Assembly: GCA_965242925.1 (NCBI GenBank)
Contig: CBDEUM010000014.1
Span: 128,001 to 192,000, forward strand
Direction of reading: 5' to 3'
Length of the DNA: 64,000 nt
Origin: Roseibacillus sp.
GTDB taxonomy: Bacteria > Verrucomicrobiota > Verrucomicrobiia > Verrucomicrobiales > Akkermansiaceae
Shown here: positions 38,916 through 48,946 of the stretch, one piece after another
Position numbering within the stretch: position 1 is the first letter of the stretch
Layout of the letters: each line of letters begins with the position of its first letter
The notes under the pieces: generated by a model
Databases searched by the model: none
Told to the model about the DNA's origin: nothing
The model's input: only the letters and a program-made list of their open reading frames with translations
Position numbers and translations under genes: made by a program

Positions 38916-40574
38916 ATGATCCCCTTATTCGCCCAAACCGAGGCGCCCTCCCTGGGCAACTGGCCTTATATTATTCTCGCCTGCTATCTCGTTGGCCTCC
39001 TCGCCCTCGGCATCATCAGCCTCCTCAAGAGCCGCCGGGCCGCGCACGCCGAAACCGATTACTATCTCGCGGGCCGCGGACAGGGCGTGCTCGTCACTTC
39101 CCTCACCATCATGGCGACCTACTTTTCGGGCTTCGCGATCCTCACCTTTCCCGGCTGGATGTACGAGGGTGGCATCGCGCCCATGCTCTATGCCCTGAAT
39201 CTTCCGGTGGCTGCGGGCGCGATCTATATCCTCGGCAATCGCATTCGCAGAATCGGACGCAAGCGCGGATACATCACCCCCGCCGACATGATCACCGACT
39301 ACTACGGCGACTCCCCATGGATCCGCATCCTGGTAGCACTCACCGGCGTGCTCTACGTCATCCCCTATGTCGTAATGCAGGTGAAAGCGGGCGGTCTGCT
39401 TGCCGATGGACTCTTCCGCGAAGTCGAACACATCACGATGTTCGGACTGCAGATAAGTATGGAGGACTTCGGAGTAGGTGCCCTCTCACTCGTCACAATG
39501 GTCTATGTCATTATTGGAGGGATGCGCTCGGTCGCCTGGACCGATGTCATGCAAGGACTCATCCTCCTCACCGCGATGTTGCTCTCCGGCATCGCCGTCA
39601 TCTATGCCCTCGAAGGACCTTCCGGTTATTTTTCGCGGGTTTCCTCGGAACTCGGTGGCGAACTGCTCACCGTTGCCGAGGCACCGGGAAAACACAACGC
39701 CTGGAAGCTCCTCACCTTCTGCGCCTTTGCCTCCCTTGCCAGCATCATTCAGCCAGCGCAGTGGATGCGCTTCTACGCCGCCCGCGATTCCGCCACCCTG
39801 CGCCGTTCTGCAATCGCGTTTTCCACCATCCTCCCCATCTGTTTCATCTTCGGAGTCTTCCTCGTTGGTCTTGGCGGGCGTGTTCTCTATGAACCGATCG
39901 AGGCAGCGAACGGCGCGCTTCGTCTTCCCAACGGAGACAAAACGGATCAAATCCTCATTCATGTGATTCAGGACTACTTCCCCGTCATGTTCGGGGGGAT
40001 CGGCGTGATACTCGTTTCCCTGATCCTGGTCGCGGTGATGGCGGCTTCCATGTCCACCGCCGATTCCAATCTGCACGCCCTCAGTGCGGTCGCCACCCGC
40101 GATGTCTATCATCCCCTCCGCCCAAAGTCCGGAGAGCAGGAGCGCACCTGGATTGGACGCATCGTCATCATCGTCGCAACCCTGGCCGCAGCCCGCATCG
40201 CCATCGTCGGTGGGAACTCCGAAATTCTGAATACCATCACCGCCTTCTTCGGCCTCGCGATGGCCTTTTCGGCCCAGATGCTCCCGATCACGGTCGATCT
40301 GCTCTTTTTCCGGCGGGGAAGCCGCGCGGGCGCCATCGCGGGATTGGCGGCCGGAATCCTCACCGTCTGCCTCTTTCCTCCCCTCGGCAGGATGATCCTC
40401 GGAGAAACCAGTTCGCTGCTCAAAGGCACCTCCAACCTGAAAGCACTCTTCGATGTCGGCATGTGCGGGATTATCGTCAACGCTCTCGTTTTTGCTTTGG
40501 TGAGCAGGTTCAGCCCATCCCCGGACAAGGCCCATCGCGAAGCCTTTGCCCGCGACCTCAAAGACGGATCATAA
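38916..40574 (+). CDS. Sodium:solute symporter (SSS family)
   Basis: DYYLAGR, ATYFSGF, YITPAD, GGMRSVAWTD, AASMSTADS; many TM helices. Confidence 0.95.
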   Translation: MIPLFAQTEAPSLGNWPYIILACYLVGLLALGIISLLKSRRAAHAETDYYLAGRGQGVLVTSLTIMATYFSGFAILTFPGWMYEGGIAPMLYALNLPVAAGAIYILGNRIRRIGRKRGYITPADMITDYYGDSPWIRILVALTGVLYVIPYVVMQVKAGGLLADGLFREVEHITMFGLQISMEDFGVGALSLVTMVYVIIGGMRSVAWTDVMQGLILLTAMLLSGIAVIYALEGPSGYFSRVSSELGGELLTVAEAPGKHNAWKLLTFCAFASLASIIQPAQWMRFYAARDSATLRRSAIAFSTILPICFIFGVFLVGLGGRVLYEPIEAANGALRLPNGDKTDQILIHVIQDYFPVMFGGIGVILVSLILVAVMAASMSTADSNLHALSAVATRDVYHPLRPKSGEQERTWIGRIVIIVATLAAARIAIVGGNSEILNTITAFFGLAMAFSAQMLPITVDLLFFRRGSRAGAIAGLAAGILTVCLFPPLGRMILGETSSLLKGTSNLKALFDVGMCGIIVNALVFALVSRFSPSPDKAHREAFARDLKDGS

Positions 40575-40634
40575 CTTGCAACTTCAGGTGCAGAACTTGA
40601 AACTCCGGCCGCAACGAATCATCTGCGGTCACGT

Positions 40635-41660
40635 ATGAACACGATCACTCCTCTTCCCGATGAGCCGGGCATCCTGACCACCACGGTCGGATCCTATCCC
40701 GTGCCCGACTGGCTGAACGCTCTCCCCTCCGAACAGGCCGTCACCGATGCCACCCGGGTCATCTTCGACACCCAGCGCCAGGCCGGGATCGACCTGCCAA
40801 CCGACGGGGAGCTCTACCGCTTCGACATCAACCACCCGGACACCAACGGGATGATCGAGTACTTCGTCTCTCCCATGGGTGGCTGCGATACCACCATCGG
40901 CCGGAGCGAAGCGGAAGCCTTTCACGCCAACCAGAACATGGGCTTCCGTGCCAAGCCCGCTGCCGTAGTGCGTGAAGCACTGCACGGCGGCGGACTCAAC
41001 CTGATCGACGACTGCCGCCGCGCGGCCAATCTCGCCGGGGGAGCCTTCAAGTTCACCGTTACCAGTCCCTACATGCTGGCCCGCACTCTCCTCGATCAGC
41101 ACTACCATGACTTCGCAGCCCTGACCCTCGCACTCGCAGACGTCCTTGCCGCCCAGGTCTCGGGTTGTCCGTGTTCCTGCCTGCAGGTCGATGAAGCCAA
41201 TATTCCAGGCAACCCGTCCGACGGCCCCCTTGCGGCCGAGGCCATCAACAAGGTCCTCGATGCCTTCGACGGTCCCACTGCGGTGCACTTCTGTTTCGGA
41301 AATTATGGAGGGCAGACCATCCAGGCCGGCAAGTGGAAGCCCCTCCTGGAATTCCTCGACTCCCTGCATGCCGACCACCTCGTCCTGGAACTCGCCCACC
41401 GTCCCAAGGACGACCTGGAGGCCATCAAGGATCTCGACGGGAAAACTGGAATCGGCCTCGGGGTGGTCGACATCAAGGTCAATGAGGTCGAAACCGCGGA
41501 AGACATCGCCAGATCCATCGAGGAGGCCGAGAAGGTGATCGGACCGGGACGTGTCAAGTATGTCCATCCCGACTGCGGGTTCTGGATGCTCAAGCGTTCG
41601 GTGGCAGACCGCAAGATTGCCGCCCTCGCGATAGGACGGGATCTCTTCCTCGGTAAGTAG
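40635..41660 (+). CDS. Single-barrel cobalamin-independent methionine synthase-like (MetE C-terminal-like) Zn enzyme
   Basis: TTTVGSYPVP, TDGE, QVDE, HFCFGN (HxC), LE, GVVDIK, PDCG. 341 aa, no N-terminal folate-binding barrel. Confidence 0.9.
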   Translation: MNTITPLPDEPGILTTTVGSYPVPDWLNALPSEQAVTDATRVIFDTQRQAGIDLPTDGELYRFDINHPDTNGMIEYFVSPMGGCDTTIGRSEAEAFHANQNMGFRAKPAAVVREALHGGGLNLIDDCRRAANLAGGAFKFTVTSPYMLARTLLDQHYHDFAALTLALADVLAAQVSGCPCSCLQVDEANIPGNPSDGPLAAEAINKVLDAFDGPTAVHFCFGNYGGQTIQAGKWKPLLEFLDSLHADHLVLELAHRPKDDLEAIKDLDGKTGIGLGVVDIKVNEVETAEDIARSIEEAEKVIGPGRVKYVHPDCGFWMLKRSVADRKIAALAIGRDLFLGK

Positions 41661-41665
41661 GCACC

Positions 41666-43063
41666 ATGCGCAGCTTCCCTCTCCTCCTCACTGCCTGCTT
41701 TCTTCTGCAGCCCGGTGCCCTCACGGCGAACACCGGGAAGAACGCACCCAGGCCAAACTTCCTCTTCCTTCTGGTCGATGACCTCGGCTGGGCCGACCTC
41801 GGCTGTTACGGATCCACCTTCCACGAAACACCGCACCTCGACCGCCTGGCGAAGGAGGGCGTTCGTTTCACTGACGCCTACACCGCTGCCTCCATCTGCT
41901 CCCCCACCCGGGCCTCAATCATGACCGGCAAACACCCGGTCCGGGTGGATATCACTGACTGGATCCCGGGGAGCAGCGGCCAGGGTCGCAGGATGAAAAC
42001 CCCCCGGGACACCCACCAGCTTGCGCTGGAGGAGGTCACCATTGCCGAGGCCCTCAAGGAGGGCGGCTACTCCACCTTCTACACCGGCAAATGGCATCTC
42101 GGAGGAAAAGCCTTCAGCCCGGACAAGCAGGGGTTTGATGAATACTACGATCCCCACCACGACCCTTCCAAGGGATCACCAGGCAAAGGCAGGACCACCG
42201 GACGCAAGCACGCTACGATCGACCTCACCCGGGAAACGAAGAGTTTCATCCGGCGGAACAGGGACAGCCCCTTTTTTGCCTATCTCGCCTACTACGACAT
42301 CCACACTCCCATTATCCCTGAGAAGAACTACCAGGAGCACTACACCAGGAAAGCGGCCCTGCTGGGTCCCTCCCCCAAGCCGATCAGGGAACATGACGGA
42401 GTGAGCCGTCCCCGGCAGGACAATGCCGCCCTCGCCAGCATGGTGCAGGCCGTCGACGACTCAGTAGGGGAATTGGTGGCGCACCTCGGTGAGCTGGGGA
42501 TCCTGGAGAACACCTACATCTTTTTCTTCTCCGACAATGGCGGCCTCTGCACCAAGAACACGGTGGGCCCCGGATGCAACCTTCCCCTCCGGGCCAGCAA
42601 GGGATGGCTCTACGAAGGCGGCATTCGCGTCCCTCTCATCGTGCGTCAACCCGGAAAGAAGAATGCGGGCGCACAACCCACCGACTATGTCTTGAGCACA
42701 GACATCTATCCAACTCTTCTCGCTCTCGCCGGACTCCCCCTGCGCCCCGCCCAACACGCCGATGGCCGGAGCTTTGAGGACATCCTCGTGGACGGGAAGA
42801 CACGCGAGCCTCCCCGCCGTCTCTACTGGCACTACCCCCACTATCATGGCTCCGCCTGGACCCCCGGGGCAGCCATCCGTGATGGAGACTGGAAGCTCAT
42901 CGAGTTCTACCACTACGGCAACATGGAACTCTACAACCTGAAAGACGACCCGGGGGAGGCGAAGGACCTCGCTACGCGGTTTCCCGGACGCACGAACGAA
43001 CTTCGCCAGCGTCTCAGGGACTGGCAGGAGAAAATGGGCGCCAAGATGCCAACGCCCAGATAA
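41666..43063 (+). CDS. Formylglycine-dependent (S1) sulfatase
   Basis: Signal peptide, PNFLFLLVDDLG, CSPTRAS, GKWHLG, SDNGG, KGWLYEGGIRVP, WHYPHY. Confidence 0.95.
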   Translation: MRSFPLLLTACFLLQPGALTANTGKNAPRPNFLFLLVDDLGWADLGCYGSTFHETPHLDRLAKEGVRFTDAYTAASICSPTRASIMTGKHPVRVDITDWIPGSSGQGRRMKTPRDTHQLALEEVTIAEALKEGGYSTFYTGKWHLGGKAFSPDKQGFDEYYDPHHDPSKGSPGKGRTTGRKHATIDLTRETKSFIRRNRDSPFFAYLAYYDIHTPIIPEKNYQEHYTRKAALLGPSPKPIREHDGVSRPRQDNAALASMVQAVDDSVGELVAHLGELGILENTYIFFFSDNGGLCTKNTVGPGCNLPLRASKGWLYEGGIRVPLIVRQPGKKNAGAQPTDYVLSTDIYPTLLALAGLPLRPAQHADGRSFEDILVDGKTREPPRRLYWHYPHYHGSAWTPGAAIRDGDWKLIEFYHYGNMELYNLKDDPGEAKDLATRFPGRTNELRQRLRDWQEKMGAKMPTPR

Positions 43064-43075
43064 TGGCCTGCCGAC

Positions 43076-45205
43076 TTACGGATCGATTCCGATCACCTGC
43101 AGGAAGACCTTGGGCTCAAGCTCCAGACTTTCCGGAACCCGCAGCGTCACGGGCGAAGCAACCAATCCAACCGCAGCGGTCACGGGAAGAACGTTGTCCT
43201 GTGGGTCAATTGCTTCCAGATCCTTCGCCGAACCCATCTGGATGCTGAATGGCCCGGGAAGAGCACCGTCCCAGTCCACCGTAAACTCATTGGTGGCCGG
43301 GTTGAAGGTGAGGCTCGTGATCTGGATACGGGCAGGATCATTGCCCCCACCGTTGCCGGGATCTCCCACCTCGAAGCGAAACCAGTCCGGCTTGTTCGAT
43401 TCGAGCACCATCGGCACGATCCCGTTGGGATGGGTCAGACTGTAGGATCCTCCTGCCGCCCCCGCAGTCACCTCAAAGCCATCGAGGAACGTGGAAGGAT
43501 AACCGCCCACCACTGCAAACCACACCCCTTCCGTAAGTCCCTCAGGAATATCAATCAGACTCTGCAGGGTGCCGCTCGCGTCATCATTGTAATACAGGAA
43601 GTAGCCAAACTCATCATAGATCGCGAGTTGGGTATCGACCAGGGACTCGAGGGTATGAAGTTGCAGGGGGACTCCGGGATCGGCGATCTTACCCAGATCC
43701 ACAAACTCACGGGGAGGACCGAGAGAAATGGCGAACTCAAACCACACCGTCTCCGAGGCTTCCGTCCCTGTCGATGTCGTCGTCGTAGCTGTCCTCGCCT
43801 CGGGCCCAAGATTGGGATTGGAGGGATAATTGAAGACCACATCCCCCACTGCCCCACCGGTCGTGGTGATCGGCCCGAGATCGAAGATCGCCCCGGCTCC
43901 CGCCACCACCGCGATGTATGTTCCGGTATCCAGTCCCTCCGGAAGCGAAACCTGACTCTGCAAGCCTTCGCCTGCGTTGTCATTTTCCTGAATGAGATCG
44001 CCATCAAAGGAAAAGATCGCCAACTGGGTATCGAAGCCGGATCCGAAGGTATCAAAGGTGAGCGGACTGCCTTCGCCTCCAATAACCCCCAGATCAATCT
44101 TCACCTCGTCCGGAAAGAGAGCAGGCAGCACGTTGAGATTCAGGGAAAACGTGGCATCGCCCTGATTGACCGCTCCGTCAAAGCCGACAAAACTCTCCAC
44201 CACCAGATAGTAGGTGCCCGTCCGGAGAACCAGTGAGTCCTGGTCCGGAGCCAAAGCGTCAAAGAAATTGTACCAGATCCCTTCCTGGGCGACAATTTTC
44301 CCAAGATCCACGTCAAATTCCGTGCGCAATCCCTCCACCAGGAAAAAATCGGGATCACCCTCGGCAAACTCGCTGTCCTTACTGAAGGTCAGGTTCGCAG
44401 GCTCGGCGAGAGTGAACTGGATGACATACTCGTTCCCCCAGTTCCCTGCCGTGTTAAGATCCAGACCTTCTCCGGCCACGAGGTCCGCATTGTTGCGCCC
44501 ACCCGTCATGACCGCCAGATTGAAGGAAAACGAGTCGATGCTGGAGGAGGTTACTGCACCTTGGTTTCCGGATTCCCGGCTGTAGAAGCCCACGAGATTG
44601 CCGGGGGCAAAGGTTGTTTCCGCGGTCAGTTCAAGGGTGCCGTCGATCCAGAGTTCCAGCGAAGACCCAAGATCACGGATCGTCAGGTCGTAGTATTGAT
44701 CCGTGTCCAAGGGGTAGGTCCTTGCGGCAAGGAGAAACGGATCATCGTCACCCATTTCGTGGAAGGAGATCTGGTTGTCGTCATTGGAGAAGGTAGCAAC
44801 GAGCCCCCGCCGCTCGCCGAATTCCAAGGCCTCCATGGTCGATCGGAAGGCAATCTTCAGGTGTTCGGAGTCCGAGTTCAACTTGGCGCGCAGGTTGATT
44901 TCTAACGAGCCCTCAAAGCCTTCCAGGGTGTGAAGAACACCGCGGCCGGTTGTGGTCACAGTCCCTCCTGCCTCTACCACGGTCCCTCCCCCCGTCGTGG
45001 TCCAGACCAGTGGATCCAGAACCCCATCATCGAAGTCATCGGATAATTCCGCCGGGGGGCTAAGATCACCCACCAGCGCGGTGGTCCCGGAAATTTCCGT
45101 GTTGCCTTCGGGCAGCGGCCCAAGATCAACATCAACCTCGTAGTCAGCGACAGCGGGAAAAGTCGCGGCGAACGTAATAAGCAATCCCTGTAACGCAGGT
45201 TTCAT
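43076..45205 (-). CDS. Secreted acidic protein with a lectin-like domain and two DVUA0089/PPC-like domains
   Basis: Signal peptide from ATG 45205. Two DTQLAI..G...NDD/N...LQS repeats. C-terminal module ending KVFLQV. Confidence 0.75.
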   Translation of the reverse strand: MKPALQGLLITFAATFPAVADYEVDVDLGPLPEGNTEISGTTALVGDLSPPAELSDDFDDGVLDPLVWTTTGGGTVVEAGGTVTTTGRGVLHTLEGFEGSLEINLRAKLNSDSEHLKIAFRSTMEALEFGERRGLVATFSNDDNQISFHEMGDDDPFLLAARTYPLDTDQYYDLTIRDLGSSLELWIDGTLELTAETTFAPGNLVGFYSRESGNQGAVTSSSIDSFSFNLAVMTGGRNNADLVAGEGLDLNTAGNWGNEYVIQFTLAEPANLTFSKDSEFAEGDPDFFLVEGLRTEFDVDLGKIVAQEGIWYNFFDALAPDQDSLVLRTGTYYLVVESFVGFDGAVNQGDATFSLNLNVLPALFPDEVKIDLGVIGGEGSPLTFDTFGSGFDTQLAIFSFDGDLIQENDNAGEGLQSQVSLPEGLDTGTYIAVVAGAGAIFDLGPITTTGGAVGDVVFNYPSNPNLGPEARTATTTTSTGTEASETVWFEFAISLGPPREFVDLGKIADPGVPLQLHTLESLVDTQLAIYDEFGYFLYYNDDASGTLQSLIDIPEGLTEGVWFAVVGGYPSTFLDGFEVTAGAAGGSYSLTHPNGIVPMVLESNKPDWFRFEVGDPGNGGGNDPARIQITSLTFNPATNEFTVDWDGALPGPFSIQMGSAKDLEAIDPQDNVLPVTAAVGLVASPVTLRVPESLELEPKVFLQVIGIDP

Positions 45206-45312
45206 GATTTGCACTTCGAGTTAGGGCGTGGAGGGGCACGCTGCATCCTTCCCCCCATGCCTGCAAGCCTGCTTTTCCCAAAGAAATTGCAGTGACAGGA
45301 TCTCCGGACGGG

Positions 45313-45345
45313 GGCTGTTCCCCTGGGGGAGCAGGGAAAACAGCC
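45313..45345 (-). terminator. Imperfect hairpin right after the stop of 45346-48837
   Basis: GGCTGTT-CCCCTG / CAGGG-AAAACAGCC arms; no clear U-tract. Confidence 0.35.
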
Positions 45346-48300
45346 CTACTTCCTGATGTTGTAGACCGAATTGTGGATCTCCCGTACCACCTCCACCCCA
45401 TTGTCACCACGGGTCTTGCAGCGAATGGACATCCCCCAAGTGGGAGCCAGTTCCGGCACCGTCAGCGTCACAGACCTGCCGTCCGGACTCAGGGCGGCCT
45501 TGCTCACTTTCCAGGGTCGCTGGTCATAATGACGCGATCCATAGTTCCTGGTCCGCTTGAGATCCCAGGCCTCAATGGCCCAGGCCCCAGCGTTCTCGGT
45601 GGCGGCCTTGTCGAGGGGATCGCTGAACGTCACCTTCACCGTCTGCGGTGCGGTGTCCAATCCCACCGGCACATGTGCCGGCTCTCCGGTCGCGCGCACA
45701 CGATAGAAGCCACCGGCCTGCCGCTGGTTGCCGGCCCAGGCGAACATCCCGCAGGCGTAGAGCTGACCGTCACCGGGATGAAAGCGTCCCCGCATCACCC
45801 CGGTCGGGAACTGCTTGAAGGGAAGCTGGCACATGCCGCCCTGTACCTGCCCGTTCACTTTTTCATGAGGGACGACGTAGATCTTCCCGTAGCCGTAGGA
45901 GAGATTGAGGAGAGAACCGCGCAATGACGTCCAGGCCGAGTCCTCCGGCACCCAGAGCAACTCGGCCGGGGAACGGTCGAATCCGTTGGTGATCCAGCAC
46001 AGGGGCGCCGTCATGGCCGAGTCCGAGGAATCGGTGATGCTGTGGTAGCCGAACATGTTCCCGTAAAAGTCGTTCTTGCCCGTCCCCTTCACCCAGTTGA
46101 TGCGGTTCTTGGGATTCCAGTGGCCCTCCTGGTCGGTGACGATGAAGGTCCCGTCCGGATTGAGACAGACCCCGTTGGCGGCGCGGAAACCGGTGGCCAG
46201 GATGTCGGTCTTACTGCCATCCCTGCTCACCCTGAGCAGCGTACCGTGGTGCGGGACCACCGCGGTCAGGGCATGCCGCGCCGACTTGGCGTAGTAAAAG
46301 TTGCCGTCGTCATCGGTCTGCAGGCCCATGGCGAACTCGTGGAAGTGTTCGGTGACCTGGTGGTCATTGTTGAAAACCTCCACGTAATCGGTCTCGCGAT
46401 CACCGTTGTGATCGCGCAGGAGTGCGATCATGTCACGACAGCCCACGTAAATCCGGCCGTCCACGATCCGCAATCCCAGCGGCTGGAAGAGCCCCGAGCA
46501 GATTCGCTGCCATTGCAATATGCCCTCGCTCTGGTCGATGCCATCCACGATCCACACGTCACCGTTCCAGGTGCACACCGCCGCACTCTTGCCGCCCTCG
46601 AAATAGTCAAACCCGGACGTCCGCATCCACGACTGCCAGGGATTTTCAGCAGGTGGGGGCGTGTGCAGCACGTCCACCGCGAAGGGGCCGTCATCCGCAC
46701 CCCGTGCGATCCTGGTCACCAGTCTCCCCTGGAAACGCGGCGCGGGTTTCCGTCCAAAGAGTTCCTCGTCCCCCGCGCGCGCCGCCCGCACCTCAATCCC
46801 CTCACCGATTACCACCCGGTAAATCTGCGCCACCTTGCTGGCCGGGAAGACATGCTCCTTCCCGGCATTGAGCCGCATGCGCAGGGCCTTCCCGCCCGGA
46901 CCGATCTTCATGACCCGCACGAAGGACTGCTCTCCACCATCCCATTGGGGCACTTCCTGGATCTCCGTCTCTCCCACCGTGTAATCGATGACCGCCTCCC
47001 CACCCGCATACTGAAGCCCCCGGAACTTCACCCATTTCCCGGGCAGAGGACCGTAGGGCTTGTTATCGCGCCCCAGGATACGCGAGTCCTCGTAGCCGCC
47101 CTCCACCGGGTTGGCCCACATCGGCACGTTGGGAAAAACAAACTTCTTCTCTCCCACGATGCTGGTGTGCGAGCCGTGGGACCCATCAAAGGCGATCCCC
47201 CTCCAGTCGACAAACTTGTCCCCCGTCCACGCCGCCGCCAGCCGCATCGTGTCGTGGTCGTAGAGCATCCACGCCTTGCCATTTGCCACGCCGCCCGGGC
47301 CGTCGTCCACCCGCACCGTCATGCCTTTCTGCGCGATGTTTCCACCCTCGACCTGCATGGTCCAGAAGAGGACGTTTCCGTAGTCCTGGAGGACATACTG
47401 CGGGGCCTTCCTGGGCCCCTTGCGCTCCTCCACCGTGCTCATTCCGCGCGGCAGGCGCTCCAGGTAATCCGCGTTCACAGCGGAGAGCTGGTCTTCATTC
47501 CTCCCCTTGAGGAAGGTCTCGCGCACATAATGGATCACGTCGTACTTCTGCGCGGTGGTGTATTGCGGCTGCGGCACCATGAGCCCGTAGCCACGCTCCA
47601 AGGTCTGGAACATGCGATAGGGATCGTTTCCATTCTTGAACTGTCCCTGGTGGAACCGCAGGGCGGTCGGAAGCGATCCTTCCTTTTCAATCGTTCCATG
47701 ACAGGTCACGCAAAGCTGCCCGTAGACCGCCTTGCCCCGGGCCAGGCTTTCCCCGTCCCAACCGCGCACCAGGGCGGCATGGTCGGCCCTCTCCAGCGGC
47801 TGTATCCTCGCCCTTCGCAGGCTGAAGCCCGCCCCGGCCTTCAGTTTCACCCTGCTACCGTAGCCCGGAAGGCGACCGTATTTCACTTCCGTCAACCTGC
47901 GCGGCTTGGTTTCCGGTTTGGGCTCCCCACCGGGCTTCCAGTTGTAGTCCGGGGTGTTGACGGTATCCTCCCGACCGCTTGAGAGCGACTTCACCTCCGC
48001 CAGACTGAGGGCCCGCTTCCACCAGCGCACATTGGCAATCTTCCCGTCCCAGCGACCCCCGAAATCAGCGGATCCCGCCCCGATCTTGAAGACGTGGCTT
48101 TCCACATCGGGACGCTTGAATTCCCGGTTGGCCGCCTCCAGACCGCCATCGACAAAAAGGCGGGCGGTCTTGCCGTCCATCTGCAACACCACCACGTGAT
48201 CCTTGCCATCGTTGACCCTCTTGCTGCCCTCAATGTCACCGAGCCACCCCACATCGTAGGCCAACTTCCCATCACGCAGGAAAAGCATCTTGCCGTTCTC

Positions 48301-48837
48301 CACCCACTTCCCTGCCGCAGGAGCCTTGGCCACCAGTGGGCCATTCCCTCTGGTATTGAACTTCACCATCACGGTAAAATCGCGGTCAAAGCGGAAGGTT
48401 CCTTTCGAATCAGCAGCGTTGGCCACCACCGCTGCGCCGGCAACCTGTCCCGCCGGGGCCGAATTCTCCAGGTCCTCCTCGCTGACCAGTTTACCCTCGT
48501 GCCAGACCCGCACCCGCGCCGACTGTCCGATGGCATGCTCGCAGACCACTTCCACCCGTCGCTGTCCCCCCGCCGGCAGGTCCACCGCATGATCTCCAAA
48601 GACAAGCAACCGGGCCTTGGAGGACTTGGTGGCATCATAATCGAGAAGCACCCGGAAGTTGGAGTAGTCCTTCCCTGACTCAAGCGTGCAGGGACCTGTC
48701 GTCTCCGGAAAGAGAGTCTCCAGGGTCTTTTCCAGAGGAAGGGAGGTCGGCGCGCTGGGAACCTGGGCCCAGAGGGCCGCGGACAGCGCAAGGGTCGAAA
48801 GGGAGATCGGAAGGAGGGGCGACTGGGAATGATTCAC
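45346..48837 (-). CDS. PVC heme-binding protein (LamG, cytochrome c, DUF6797-like domain, beta-propeller)
   Basis: GTG start with signal peptide. LamG (VNDGKDHVV..LFVDG..IG), CVTCHG heme motif, YDHDTMRLAAAWTG, propeller (GLFQPLGL, HFHEFAMG, GFRAANG, DQEGHW). Confidence 0.85.
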   Translation of the reverse strand: MNHSQSPLLPISLSTLALSAALWAQVPSAPTSLPLEKTLETLFPETTGPCTLESGKDYSNFRVLLDYDATKSSKARLLVFGDHAVDLPAGGQRRVEVVCEHAIGQSARVRVWHEGKLVSEEDLENSAPAGQVAGAAVVANAADSKGTFRFDRDFTVMVKFNTRGNGPLVAKAPAAGKWVENGKMLFLRDGKLAYDVGWLGDIEGSKRVNDGKDHVVVLQMDGKTARLFVDGGLEAANREFKRPDVESHVFKIGAGSADFGGRWDGKIANVRWWKRALSLAEVKSLSSGREDTVNTPDYNWKPGGEPKPETKPRRLTEVKYGRLPGYGSRVKLKAGAGFSLRRARIQPLERADHAALVRGWDGESLARGKAVYGQLCVTCHGTIEKEGSLPTALRFHQGQFKNGNDPYRMFQTLERGYGLMVPQPQYTTAQKYDVIHYVRETFLKGRNEDQLSAVNADYLERLPRGMSTVEERKGPRKAPQYVLQDYGNVLFWTMQVEGGNIAQKGMTVRVDDGPGGVANGKAWMLYDHDTMRLAAAWTGDKFVDWRGIAFDGSHGSHTSIVGEKKFVFPNVPMWANPVEGGYEDSRILGRDNKPYGPLPGKWVKFRGLQYAGGEAVIDYTVGETEIQEVPQWDGGEQSFVRVMKIGPGGKALRMRLNAGKEHVFPASKVAQIYRVVIGEGIEVRAARAGDEELFGRKPAPRFQGRLVTRIARGADDGPFAVDVLHTPPPAENPWQSWMRTSGFDYFEGGKSAAVCTWNGDVWIVDGIDQSEGILQWQRICSGLFQPLGLRIVDGRIYVGCRDMIALLRDHNGDRETDYVEVFNNDHQVTEHFHEFAMGLQTDDDGNFYYAKSARHALTAVVPHHGTLLRVSRDGSKTDILATGFRAANGVCLNPDGTFIVTDQEGHWNPKNRINWVKGTGKNDFYGNMFGYHSITDSSDSAMTAPLCWITNGFDRSPAELLWVPEDSAWTSLRGSLLNLSYGYGKIYVVPHEKVNGQVQGGMCQLPFKQFPTGVMRGRFHPGDGQLYACGMFAWAGNQRQAGGFYRVRATGEPAHVPVGLDTAPQTVKVTFSDPLDKAATENAGAWAIEAWDLKRTRNYGSRHYDQRPWKVSKAALSPDGRSVTLTVPELAPTWGMSIRCKTRGDNGVEVVREIHNSVYNIRK

Positions 48838-48946
48838 AATTGATGGGATCTGGTTCCCCGCCCCTTAGCGGAGATCGTCCCCCCCGCCAATGCGATTTCC
48901 AGCGCACCCGGATCACGTTTACGTGATCTCAACACTGATCCGCGGT

